DNA from: Polyangiales bacterium
GTDB lineage: Bacteria > Myxococcota_A > Polyangia > Polyangiales > Polyangiaceae
Assembly: GCA_038230375.1 (NCBI GenBank)
Contig: JBBRNJ010000040.1
Location: 13,167 to 77,166 of the forward strand
Direction of reading: 5' to 3'
Length of the DNA: 64,000 bases
Both the position numbers and the translations under genes were made by a program. The first letter of the stretch is position 1; each line of letters starts with the position of its first letter. This document shows positions 20,272-29,575 of the stretch, one piece after another. The notes below the pieces were generated by a model. The model had not been told where the DNA came from. It saw only the letters and a program-made list of their open reading frames with translations, and ran no database searches.

Positions 20272-21852
20272 ATGCGAAGAATTCTTCTCTTTGCGCTGCT
20301 CATCGGCGGACCGATCGCCTGTGGCAGTGCCGTGAGTCACAGCGGTTTTGCACCGACCGGAGCGCCTGCTCCCGGTGACAATTCGGGTGGCAGCAGCGGC
20401 GGCTCCGGGCCCAGCACGCCCGGTCAGCCACCTCCAGAGAAAGAGGTGGAGTCGCAGTACAAGGCGCCCGTCGCGACCGGAAAGTATGTCTGGGTCGCGA
20501 ACCCAACATCGGGCCGAGTGGCGTACATCAATGCTGCCACGCTCGACGTGCACACCGTGGAGGCGGGCAACGGCCCGACGTATCTCGCGGCGGTGCCGAA
20601 CGCCGACGACACCGCGGTGGTGCTCAACGTGCTCTCGGACGACGCGACGCTCTTGAAGGCAAACGGCGCAAACGTCACGAGCAAGACATTCAAGACCGCG
20701 CACGGGATGAATGCCTGGGCGCTCTCCCCCGATGGGCACTGGGCCGTCGCCTGGACCGATGCAGCGCAGTTGCCGAGCGCACCCCAGACCGAGGGCTTCC
20801 AGGACCTCACGGTGATCGATCTCACGGGGAAGGTCGCGCCCACCATCCTGGCCGTTGGTTACCGGCCCGTGTCGGTTGGCTTCACGCTGTCTTCCGGACG
20901 CGCCTGGGCGGTCACGCAGGACGGTGTCGCCATCATCGACGTCACGCTGCCTGGCGGTCCCGCGCAGGTGAAGAACGTCGCCATCTCCGACACCCCACAA
21001 GAGGATCCCGGCACGCGCGACGTCTCGGTCACGCCGGATGGGTCCTTCGCGCTCATCCGTCGCGATGGCTCGCCCGTCATCACCGCCGTCAGCCTCATCG
21101 TGGACACGCGCTCCAAGATCACGCTGCCTGGCAACGTGACGGACCTGGATCTCTCGGACAAGGGAGATCGCGCCGTCGGTGTGATCCGCGACACCGGCAC
21201 GATCTGCATCATCCCCATCCCCGCAGCCATCGCCGACGGCAGCCTGGTCACGAACATCGTGGTCGCAGACGCCACCATCGGCAGCGTCTCGCTCGCGCCT
21301 GGCGGCGGCACCGGGCTGCTCTACACGAACGCTGTGGCGTCGCAGCGCCTGGACATCCTCAGCATGGCCATGGGCGCACCTCAGACGCGCGCGGTGCGGC
21401 TCTACTCGCCCGTGCTCGGCGTGTTCAGCTCCCCCGACGCGCGGCAAGCGCTGGTCGTTCATCAGGCGTCGGCCACGGATGCCGCGGGCGATCTGGCGTT
21501 CAGTCTGGTGCCGGTGGCGGATTCGCTTCCTGCGAAGATCGTCGCAACGAAGGCCAAGCCGTTCGCGGTGGGCTTCGCCGGTGACAGCAAGAGCGTCGTG
21601 GTGGCGGAGAAGGACGACGTGAAGAAGATCTACGGCGTCTATCTTGGTCGCCTGCCCGAGCTCATGGTCGACCGCTACGACCTGGCGAGCTCGCCGGTCG
21701 CGGTCGGCGTCGTTGACGGCGCGCAGCGCGCGTTCGTCGCACAGAATCACCCAGATGGACGCATCACGTTCATCGATCTCGGGACTGGAGAGGCGCGCAC
21801 GCTCACGGGCTTCGAGCTTGCGGCGCGCGTCGTCGACGGGAGCAAACCATGA
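20272..21852 (+). CDS. Lipoprotein, probable beta-propeller (YncE-like)
   Basis: MRRILLFALLIGGPIAC lipobox; blade-like repeats (ALSPDG, VTPDG, SSPDA). Confidence 0.8.
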   Translation: MRRILLFALLIGGPIACGSAVSHSGFAPTGAPAPGDNSGGSSGGSGPSTPGQPPPEKEVESQYKAPVATGKYVWVANPTSGRVAYINAATLDVHTVEAGNGPTYLAAVPNADDTAVVLNVLSDDATLLKANGANVTSKTFKTAHGMNAWALSPDGHWAVAWTDAAQLPSAPQTEGFQDLTVIDLTGKVAPTILAVGYRPVSVGFTLSSGRAWAVTQDGVAIIDVTLPGGPAQVKNVAISDTPQEDPGTRDVSVTPDGSFALIRRDGSPVITAVSLIVDTRSKITLPGNVTDLDLSDKGDRAVGVIRDTGTICIIPIPAAIADGSLVTNIVVADATIGSVSLAPGGGTGLLYTNAVASQRLDILSMAMGAPQTRAVRLYSPVLGVFSSPDARQALVVHQASATDAAGDLAFSLVPVADSLPAKIVATKAKPFAVGFAGDSKSVVVAEKDDVKKIYGVYLGRLPELMVDRYDLASSPVAVGVVDGAQRAFVAQNHPDGRITFIDLGTGEARTLTGFELAARVVDGSKP

Positions 21853-23459
21853 GAGCGTTCACACTAGGACTCCTCGCATCGAGCATGATGTTCGCCGTCT
21901 CTGGCTGCGGCGACAGGGCTGCGGTGTGGGATGGAGCACCTCAGAAGGTCCAGGTCGTCGGCATCGAGTCCGGCATCGCCGTGTTCGATCCCGGCGCGGG
22001 CCGCGCCGTGTTCGTCGCCGCACACGGTGACCTGGACGTCAGTCGCACGTCCATTGCCATCCACGACAACGTGGCCAAGACGGCGATCTCCGGCGACAAC
22101 AAGACGCTGTTCGTCCTCTCTGCAGGCACCAGCGGCAAGCGAACCAAGGAGAGCCAGACGCCGGACCTCTGCGTGATCGGTCAGGACACGGACGGCCTCG
22201 CCGTTGCGCACTACCCGCTCGCATCGCCGCTGTCGCAGATCGCGCTGGACCCGCTCGGTCGTTACGCGGCCGTCTACGCGGGAGATGGCACCAGCTTCGT
22301 CGAGAACCCGAACGAGATCGGCATCGTCGATCTCACGGAGAAAGACCCTGCGAAGGCGCTCACCACGCGCACCATCCGCAGCTTCGGCGGGCGTCCGCAG
22401 CGCATCACGTTCACCCAGCAGCTCTCGTTGCCCGGTGGCCCGCGCAGGCTCCTGGTCGTGGAGTCCCAGCAAGACGTGACCGTGCTCGATCTCGATCACG
22501 TGCACGATCAGCCGGTCCGCCCGGAGATCACCATCCCGCTCACGGACGGCTCCACGACGCAGGTCGTGAACCCCGCGGGCGTCGTGGTCGACGACGGCAT
22601 TCCGAACAAGAACGACGACGCGCGCATCGCCGTGCGCCTCGCGAACGACTCGAACGTGGTCACGCTCTTGCTCGCGGCGCCCTCACCCGATGCACCGGCG
22701 ACCCCGAACGACTTCCGCATCATCCCCAACAAGACGGACGTCGGAGGAGTTGCCTCTGGCATCTCCTTCGTGCGCACGGACGGCGGACTTCGCATTGCGG
22801 CGCTCGTGCCCGCGATCGCAAGCGCGGTCCTGATCGACCCCCAGACCAGCGTCATCACGAACGTGAAGCTGCCGGCAGGCTACGGCTCGATAGCGCTCAT
22901 CACCGACATCGTCGGCGCGCCATCGAGCACGGGCGCGGACGTGGCGTTGCTCTACAACGCGTCATCGCAGTCCGGCGTCGCATTCTGGGCGCTCGGCAAG
23001 ACCAGCGGCCAGCCGTACCGCAGCGTCGAGGTCGTGAACGTGAACGGCAACGTCGCGAAGGTGCTGGACGTGGCCGCCCCTCATCAGAACCTGAAGGTCC
23101 TGCAGACCTCGGACGGCAGCGGCTTCTACGTGCTCGACCTCACGGCGCGTACGGCGCAGCCGCTCGGCACGAGCGCGCAGGCCACGCTGTTCACGTCGCC
23201 CGACGGTCAACGTCTCTGGGCGTACCAGAAGGGCGGCAACAAGCTGGCGCTCGTGACGTTCACGGATCTACACGTGAGCCCGCTTCCGGATCTGGAGCGC
23301 ACGATCGACGCGGTCTACGAGGTCGCACGCGACGACGGTGGGCGCGCGCTCTTCGCAGTGGATACGCGAGGCAACGTCGGGCTCACCGTGCTCGACGCGA
23401 TTTCTCCCGACGTGGACCAGAGCCGAACCATCGGCGGCATCCTCCTTGAAGGTCTGTGA
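21849..23459 (+). CDS. Lipoprotein, probable beta-propeller
   Basis: Lipobox VSGC; AISGDNK, ALDPLG, TSPDG repeats; ATGA overlap. Confidence 0.8.
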   Translation: MRAFTLGLLASSMMFAVSGCGDRAAVWDGAPQKVQVVGIESGIAVFDPGAGRAVFVAAHGDLDVSRTSIAIHDNVAKTAISGDNKTLFVLSAGTSGKRTKESQTPDLCVIGQDTDGLAVAHYPLASPLSQIALDPLGRYAAVYAGDGTSFVENPNEIGIVDLTEKDPAKALTTRTIRSFGGRPQRITFTQQLSLPGGPRRLLVVESQQDVTVLDLDHVHDQPVRPEITIPLTDGSTTQVVNPAGVVVDDGIPNKNDDARIAVRLANDSNVVTLLLAAPSPDAPATPNDFRIIPNKTDVGGVASGISFVRTDGGLRIAALVPAIASAVLIDPQTSVITNVKLPAGYGSIALITDIVGAPSSTGADVALLYNASSQSGVAFWALGKTSGQPYRSVEVVNVNGNVAKVLDVAAPHQNLKVLQTSDGSGFYVLDLTARTAQPLGTSAQATLFTSPDGQRLWAYQKGGNKLALVTFTDLHVSPLPDLERTIDAVYEVARDDGGRALFAVDTRGNVGLTVLDAISPDVDQSRTIGGILLEGL

Positions 23460-24373
23460 TGAGGTCTCCCATGAAGCTCAGGTCCATCCTCACGCTCGTT
23501 GTCTCCACCTCTGCGCTCCTCACCAGTGCAGGGTCCGCGCTCGCCGCCGACCTTCCGCCGCTGCCAGAACAGCAGGGCGGACCAAAGGCAGAAGCACAGC
23601 CCACACAACCGGCGCAAACCACGAGCACGTGGCCGGCACCCGCCGCAGCTCCGGCTGCATCGCCCGTCGCTCAGCCGCCCGCAACCGCACTGGCCGCGTC
23701 TTCGCCCATACCGCACGTCACCGCGTCCGGCCTGGAGCCGCGTGACGAACCAGCAGCGAGCGCGCCCTTCGCGGGCGATCCACACAAGATGTGGCTCGTC
23801 TCCGGCAGCGTGCGCGAGACGTTTGTCTCGAGCCGCGGCTTCGATCCGTACTCGCAGAACGACGTGCTCCCGCAGTGGACCTTCGCCGGCTCACGCACGC
23901 TCTGGTCGCGCGGCCGGCTCTCATTTGCAGCGGGCGCATCGTGGGACGTCGGTGGCGCCTCGACGACGTCACGAGGTCTGGACGCAGGCATCTTCACGAA
24001 CCGCTTCGCCGCCACCGCGGAGGGACGATGGCACCCGAAGACCTTCGCCTACGGCTTCGTTCGCCTGAGCCCGGGAGCCAACGTGGTGAACGCGCGGGTG
24101 AACGATCCGTCCGCACCGGGCACGCTCACCACGACGCAGTGGTCCTTCAGTGGAGACGCGAGCGTGGGCGCCGCGATCACGCCGATGTTCGTCCCAGGAG
24201 GCCCGCGCGTCTGGCTGATCCCGGAGGTGGGCTACACCTACGCGACTTCGACCCAGATGCGCCTCGCCCCAAAGAACGAAAAGGACATCACGGGCGCCGC
24301 CTCCAAGACGGACCTCGGAGAGCTAGCCCTCTCGGGAGTCTTCTTCAGAGTGGGCCTCGCGCTGTCCTTCTGA
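23456..24373 (+). CDS. Outer-membrane beta-barrel protein
   Basis: Signal peptide, Pro/Ala linker, amphipathic strands, C-terminal RVGLALSF; start may be 23471. Confidence 0.75.
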   Translation: MMRSPMKLRSILTLVVSTSALLTSAGSALAADLPPLPEQQGGPKAEAQPTQPAQTTSTWPAPAAAPAASPVAQPPATALAASSPIPHVTASGLEPRDEPAASAPFAGDPHKMWLVSGSVRETFVSSRGFDPYSQNDVLPQWTFAGSRTLWSRGRLSFAAGASWDVGGASTTSRGLDAGIFTNRFAATAEGRWHPKTFAYGFVRLSPGANVVNARVNDPSAPGTLTTTQWSFSGDASVGAAITPMFVPGGPRVWLIPEVGYTYATSTQMRLAPKNEKDITGAASKTDLGELALSGVFFRVGLALSF

Positions 24374-24383
24374 CCTCGGCGGC

Positions 24384-25979
24384 TCAGGGAAGAACGAGGG
24401 TCTTGCCCTTGATGGTCACGTTCTTCGTGGGGCCCGCGGGGACAACCCAGAACCCACCGTCGACGTGATCGAAGGGGATGAAGTGCGCGCCCGCGGAGTG
24501 CACGACCGTGCCGCCCTCGTCGGTGAACGCCGCCTGGGAGTCGACCTCCGGCTGCTCGGCAAGGGTGATCTGATCGCCGCCGGTGAGCGTGCCGTCAGGC
24601 TGCTCCGTGATGAGGTGAAACTTGCCCGGCGTCGCGCCGATGATCGACTTGGCTCCGTTGACGTAGGCCACGCGATCGAAGAACGCCGAGTAGGTGTAGT
24701 CGCTGACCCACTCCGGCGTGCAGTACCCCATGATGTCCTTGCCGGTCGCCGACGAGATGAACTTCTTGGCCGTGATGTCGTAGCCGTTCACGCCGATGCC
24801 GCCGCCCGCGTATGGGAACTGCGGATCCGTACCCGACGTTCCGCCGCAAGGCGCGTGGTTGCGGCCGTGCGCATGACCGACCTCGTGCGCCATCGTGGTG
24901 GCTGCATCCGCGCCGCTGTAGCCAAGGCCGATGCTCGCGCGGTAGGGGCCGTCCTGCGGGCTGGTCACGACGGTGGAGAGGCCAGCGACACAGCCGCCTC
25001 CGCAGAACGTGTTGAAAGAGGACGCGGGTGAGAACGCGGCGAAGTAGTACTGGTCGTCCGGAGCGCCGTCTTGCTGGCGGAGGTTCGTGACCGCGTTGAG
25101 CAGCGTGGACCAGCCGCTGCCGTTCGCGGAGACCTTCGTGCTCGATTGCCAGGGCGCGCGCACCGTGATCTGCACATCCGTGACCGGGTAGTGCGACATC
25201 ATCTCTTTCTTGTACGCATCCAGCTGGGGCTGCGACGTGTCCGGCACGCGACCCGATCCGTCGGCCATGTACTGCACCGGCACAAGCGTGATCTTGAGGA
25301 CGCCGCTGTTCGCCGCGCCCAGTATCGCCGGCGTTCCACCCTTCGGATAGACAGCGCCCGTGGTCGCATCGGCCGCGCCCTTGGGGTCCGTCAATGCGAC
25401 CGCGAACTTCACGCCAGCGGGGACATCCGCGCCGGCGATCTCGAAGTTGAATGTGGAGGTGGTGTCCGCGTCCGTACCGGCCTTCACGACCTTCGTATCC
25501 TTGATCACCTTGGTGGCCGTGGTGCTGCTGCCTACGTAGAGCCGGAGCTCCGCGGTCACGCTGCGACCGTCGTACCCAGCGCCGGGAGTCGCGAACACGC
25601 GCACCACGCCGGGCCGACCCGCGACGATCGGGGCGTTCGTGGTGGTGACCGCCGTCCCGCCCTTCACGATGTCGACCTTCACGGCCTGGTAGACCGCGAC
25701 CTCGGTGATGGTCACGCCCGCCACGAACGTGTTCACGATCGTGTTGTCGGGCGTCGTTCCGTTGCCGTTGCCGTTGCCGTTGCCGTTCCCATTTCCGTTG
25801 CCTGCGCCGTTGCCCGCGCCAGTCCCAGCGCCTGCGCCGGTCCCAGCACCCGCACCCGCGCCGGTCCCATCGCCGCTGCCCGACCCGCCAGGCTGGATGT
25901 AGCCCGACGTCTCGGTCGTCTGCGAGCACGCGGCGGCGAGGCAGAGCAGGACTGCGAGAGAGAGGGTGGAACGCATCAT
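24384..25979 (-). CDS. Metzincin metalloprotease lipoprotein (M66-like)
   Basis: Lipobox AAAC; HEVGHAHGRNH; Met-turn DIMGY. Confidence 0.85.
   Translation of the reverse strand: MMRSTLSLAVLLCLAAACSQTTETSGYIQPGGSGSGDGTGAGAGAGTGAGAGTGAGNGAGNGNGNGNGNGNGNGTTPDNTIVNTFVAGVTITEVAVYQAVKVDIVKGGTAVTTTNAPIVAGRPGVVRVFATPGAGYDGRSVTAELRLYVGSSTTATKVIKDTKVVKAGTDADTTSTFNFEIAGADVPAGVKFAVALTDPKGAADATTGAVYPKGGTPAILGAANSGVLKITLVPVQYMADGSGRVPDTSQPQLDAYKKEMMSHYPVTDVQITVRAPWQSSTKVSANGSGWSTLLNAVTNLRQQDGAPDDQYYFAAFSPASSFNTFCGGGCVAGLSTVVTSPQDGPYRASIGLGYSGADAATTMAHEVGHAHGRNHAPCGGTSGTDPQFPYAGGGIGVNGYDITAKKFISSATGKDIMGYCTPEWVSDYTYSAFFDRVAYVNGAKSIIGATPGKFHLITEQPDGTLTGGDQITLAEQPEVDSQAAFTDEGGTVVHSAGAHFIPFDHVDGGFWVVPAGPTKNVTIKGKTLVLP
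25758..25868 (-). repeat. Coding hexamer repeats (GA/GT)n(GN)n linker
   Basis: GTTGCC repeats encoding GAGAGTGAG...GNGNGNGN. Confidence 0.85.
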
Positions 25980-26076
25980 AGGGTGATCCTCCGTGAGGGT
26001 GGCGGCCGCGGTGACATCTAGGTGTAGTCTGCACGTACCGTTGCGTGCACTCTGCAACTAGCGTCGTTGCGACGGG

Positions 26077-26601
26077 CTAGTGATAGCCCTGCGTAGACCC
26101 TGCGTCCACCGCGATATTTTCAGGGGATCGTGACCATGCTGCCTCGAGCGCGACCCCTCTCTGGGGCGCGTCCGACCGGCCTGGAAAATTCGTCGCACGG
26201 AGGGGCGCGACAAGGCACACGAGGGTGTTTTGTTCGCTGCCAGAGGAAACTTTCACGTTTAGACCGGCGACGTTTCCATTCTTGTCCGCGACGGCAACGA
26301 CTCGTGCCGCGCCGGAAACCAATGCACCGCTCGCTTCGAGGCGCCTGGCGCACGATTCGAACTCGTCCGCGACGTGCTCCGTGAGCGCGCGCGCCTCCTC
26401 CGGGGACATGCCGCGAGCCTCTGCCAGGCCGATGGTGCCGTGGGGCCTACGTGCAACATACACATATGCATCGGGCGCCGCGCCAGCGTCCGCCGCGTTC
26501 GCAACGACATCCCGCGAAGCCTCGGTGGCGTCGCGCGCGTCCTTGCCGGGGCAGCCCGTGAGCGCGATCAGGAGCGCGGGAAGCAGGAGCGCGGCCTTCA
26601 G
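26077..26601 (-). CDS. Lipoprotein with AgmX/PglI C-terminal-like domain; start uncertain (CTG?)
   Basis: KAALLLPALLIALTGC lipobox; C...GAARVVAVADKNGNV...CL...NFP pattern. Confidence 0.65.
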   Translation of the reverse strand: MKAALLLPALLIALTGCPGKDARDATEASRDVVANAADAGAAPDAYVYVARRPHGTIGLAEARGMSPEEARALTEHVADEFESCARRLEASGALVSGAARVVAVADKNGNVAGLNVKVSSGSEQNTLVCLVAPLRATNFPGRSDAPQRGVALEAAWSRSPENIAVDAGSTQGYH

Positions 26602-27743
26602 GCGGACAGCACGTGCTTGGCGATGACGATCCGCTGGATCTGGGCGGTGCCCTCGTAGATCTGGAGGATCTTGGCGTCGCGCATGAGCTTCTCGACCGGG
26701 AAGTCCTTCACGTAGCCGTTGCCGCCGAAGATCTGGACTGCGTCGATCGCCGTCGCCATCGCCGCGTCCGCGCCGAAGGCCTTCGCGCATGCGGAGGTGA
26801 GAGGGTTGCGGATGTTCCGCGCGAGGCTCCACGCCGCCTTGCGGACAAGGAGGCTGGTCGCCTCGATGCGGATCGCCATCTCGGCGAGCATCGCCTGGAC
26901 CATCTGGTGCTGCGCGATGGGCACTCCGAACGTCTTGCGCTCCTTTGCGTACGCCACGCACTCGTCCAGCGCGCGGCGCATGAGGCCGGTGGCGCCCGCG
27001 CCAATGTCGGGGCGCGTCTGGTTGAACGTCTCCATCGCGAGCTTGAAGCCCTGACCCGCCGGCGCGAGGACCTGGGATGCAGGCACGCGGACCTCTTCCA
27101 GCATGACGCCGGCCGTGTCGCTCGCGCGCTGCCCGAGCTTGTCCTCGTGCTTGCCCACGGAGAGCCCCTTGCTGTCGCGCTCCACGATGAACGCGCCAAT
27201 GCCACGGTGCTTCAGCTCCGGGTTCTCCGTGGCGAAGATCGTGAAGAAGCTCGCGTGCGACGCGTTGGTGATCCACTGCTTCTGCCCGGTGAGCACGTAG
27301 CTGCCGTCTGACTGTTTGTGTGCGCGGCACTGCATACCGGCGACGTCGCTGCCGGCCGCCGGCTCCGTGGTGGCGTACGAGCAGAGGACTGATTCCTTCG
27401 CGAGCCAGCCAAGGTACTTCTTCTTCTGCTCGTCGGTGCCCGCGAGGCGGATGGGCGTGAAGCCGAGCGTGTTCGCGGTGATGCTGGTCTGGATGCCCGT
27501 GCAACCGTAGGCCAGCTCCTCCGTGATGAGCACGTTGTCGATCTCGTCCAGGCCCTGACCGCCGTACTCCGCGGGGAGCGTGGGGTTCACCAGGCCGAGC
27601 TTCCAGGCTTCGTCGAAGACCTCGCGCGGGAAGCGTGACTCCTGATCGCACTTCGCGGCGACGGGGATGATGCGCTCCTTCGCGAAGCGGCGCGCCATCT
27701 CGATGAGGGCCTTTTGTTCTTCGGTGAGCTCGAAGTCGATCAT
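26598..27743 (-). CDS. Acyl-CoA dehydrogenase
   Basis: TEPAAGSD, GQKQWITNA, KLGQRASDT, QIFGGNGY, IYEGT. Confidence 0.96.
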   Translation of the reverse strand: MIDFELTEEQKALIEMARRFAKERIIPVAAKCDQESRFPREVFDEAWKLGLVNPTLPAEYGGQGLDEIDNVLITEELAYGCTGIQTSITANTLGFTPIRLAGTDEQKKKYLGWLAKESVLCSYATTEPAAGSDVAGMQCRAHKQSDGSYVLTGQKQWITNASHASFFTIFATENPELKHRGIGAFIVERDSKGLSVGKHEDKLGQRASDTAGVMLEEVRVPASQVLAPAGQGFKLAMETFNQTRPDIGAGATGLMRRALDECVAYAKERKTFGVPIAQHQMVQAMLAEMAIRIEATSLLVRKAAWSLARNIRNPLTSACAKAFGADAAMATAIDAVQIFGGNGYVKDFPVEKLMRDAKILQIYEGTAQIQRIVIAKHVLSA

Positions 27744-27754
27744 GGAATGAGTCC

Positions 27755-27889
27755 TTATTTTTTGGCGCGCTCGCGGAGCCGCTCTGCCTGCGCGCGGGCG
27801 GCCCGTCCGCCCATGATGTAGCCGAGCACCATGCCGATCAGCAAGACGCCCGGAATGAAGATCACGTGCTCAGGAGTCGGCAGTCCCAT
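27755..27889 (-). CDS. 44-aa single-pass membrane protein (absent from the ORF track)
   Basis: MGLPTPEHVIFIPGVLLIGMVLGYIMGGRAARAQAERLRERAKK*; AAGGAG SD; fills the gap between genes. Confidence 0.75.
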   Translation of the reverse strand: MGLPTPEHVIFIPGVLLIGMVLGYIMGGRAARAQAERLRERAKK

Positions 27890-27893
27890 GCGC

Positions 27894-28241
27894 TCACTCC
27901 TTCGCGGGGGCGTCCTTGGCGTCGCTCTTGTTCCCGCTCGTGCTCTTGTCCGTGGTGGTCGCGGCCGGTGCGGTCGCGGCTTTCGCTGCCGCGCGATCGA
28001 TCGCGAGGTCCAGGTCCGCCACCCGCGCAGCCAGGCTACGGCTCTTCTGCCACATCATCAGGAGCCAGACCATGAGGATGATCCAGATGAGCGCGTAGGC
28101 GGTGACCATCAACGTGTAGCCGTTGTAGTTCGCCGGAGCGTTGCCCACGGACTGGAACTGGGTGGGGGCGCGTTCCTCGGCTTGCCGGGGCACTTCCTCG
28201 ACGAACGTAGCGACGGACATGGTGGTGGTGGTGAAGGTCAT
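27894..28241 (-). CDS. CcmD-like heme exporter membrane protein
   Basis: AYALIWIILMVWLLMMWQKSRSL helix plus coiled tail, directly after ccmC. Confidence 0.7.
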   Translation of the reverse strand: MTFTTTTMSVATFVEEVPRQAEERAPTQFQSVGNAPANYNGYTLMVTAYALIWIILMVWLLMMWQKSRSLAARVADLDLAIDRAAAKAATAPAATTTDKSTSGNKSDAKDAPAKE

Positions 28242-28248
28242 GCCGTTT

Positions 28249-28986
28249 TCATGCTTCGGTGCGGTCGTCGAGGCCCAGGTCGATCGCGTCCTGCTCGGCC
28301 CGCGCGAGCCGCTGCTCGAGCACGCCGATGCGCACGCGCGACCAGAGCAGCGCGATCGCGAACAGGGTGAATGTGAAGAGCGCGATGAAGAACACGACCT
28401 TCATGTCGTGCTGGAGGCCGCCGCCGCCCTTGGCCATGATGACCTTGGGGTGCTGGCCTGCCCACTTCTCCACGCTGAAGTGGATGATGGGGAGGTTCGC
28501 CGCGCCGAGGATGCCAAGGGCCGCTGCGAACTTGCGCTCGCCCGGACCGTCCCCCGCGAACGCGCGCAGCACGATGTACGCGATGTAGATGAGCAGCGAG
28601 AGCAGCGTGGTCGTGAGGCGCGGGTCCCACACCCAGAGATAGCCCCACGCCTTCGCGCCCCAGAGCGGCCCCGTGGTCATGACGATCGCGCCGAAGACGA
28701 CGGACATCTCCGCGCCTGCGCGCGCGAGCGCATCCCACACGTCCGTGCGTCGCAACAGGTAGCCGATGCTTCCCACGAAGCATGCGGTGGCGCCGATGTA
28801 CATCGCGTACGCGGAGGGCGCGTGGAAGTAGAAGATGCGCTGGACGATGCCCATGGCGCGCTCTTCGGGCGCGTAGATGAATGCGCCGTAGATGCAGAAG
28901 AGCAGGAGCCCAGTGGTCACGAGCCACAGCGCGTAGAACGCAGTGTCCGCGCCGGTCACGACAGGGGCAGCGTGCTTCTTCGCCAT
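28249..28986 (-). CDS. ccmC: Cytochrome c biogenesis protein CcmC
   Basis: RIFYFHAP, WWD motif WGAKAWGYLWVWDPRLTT, later His residues. Confidence 0.92.
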   Translation of the reverse strand: MAKKHAAPVVTGADTAFYALWLVTTGLLLFCIYGAFIYAPEERAMGIVQRIFYFHAPSAYAMYIGATACFVGSIGYLLRRTDVWDALARAGAEMSVVFGAIVMTTGPLWGAKAWGYLWVWDPRLTTTLLSLLIYIAYIVLRAFAGDGPGERKFAAALGILGAANLPIIHFSVEKWAGQHPKVIMAKGGGGLQHDMKVVFFIALFTFTLFAIALLWSRVRIGVLEQRLARAEQDAIDLGLDDRTEA

Positions 28987-28987
28987 T

Positions 28988-29533
28988 CTACGGGCTCTTG
29001 CGCCAGTTCTTGGGGTCTTTGTCCTTCTCCTTGATCGCCGCGTCGATCTGGAGCTTGAACTCTTCGAGCGCCGGATTCTTCGCGTCCATGTGGAGTGCCA
29101 TGGTGAGCTGGATCTTGGCCTGCTTCGGGTCGCCCTGACGGAGGAGCTCCTCTGCGCGCAGCACGAACGGACGCGCACCCGGCGACTTCACCTTGTCGAT
29201 CAGGCGCTGCGGGCCCTTCGGCTTCTCGGGCGCCTCGACGACGATCTGCTCGGGACGTTGCATGCCCTGGCCTAGCGCATGATCGTATCGCCCGCGCAGA
29301 TCTGGATCGGAGAGCACCCGATAAGCCTCCGTGCCGCGACGGAAGATCCGTCCGATGGCCTCGCGCTCCCAGTGCGAGCGCCACGCGTGGCCGTCAGGGT
29401 GGAAGGTGTCCGCGAACGAGTAGAAGGCGTAGCGGAGCTCGTCCGCCGTGGCCGTGTTCGGTATGCGGAACAGATCGTAGTACGAGAGGCTGTCGAGGAC
29501 GCTCAGCCACTGCTGGAGCGACTCAACGTCCAC
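28988..29533 (-). CDS. J-domain protein
   Basis: YYDLF...FHPD...EAYRVLSDPDLRGRYD; C-terminal TPR-like helices. Confidence 0.9.
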   Translation of the reverse strand: MDVESLQQWLSVLDSLSYYDLFRIPNTATADELRYAFYSFADTFHPDGHAWRSHWEREAIGRIFRRGTEAYRVLSDPDLRGRYDHALGQGMQRPEQIVVEAPEKPKGPQRLIDKVKSPGARPFVLRAEELLRQGDPKQAKIQLTMALHMDAKNPALEEFKLQIDAAIKEKDKDPKNWRKSP

Positions 29534-29575
29534 GGTCGGACCCGGCGGTTGGCGTGACTCGGGGCATTCGCGGCG

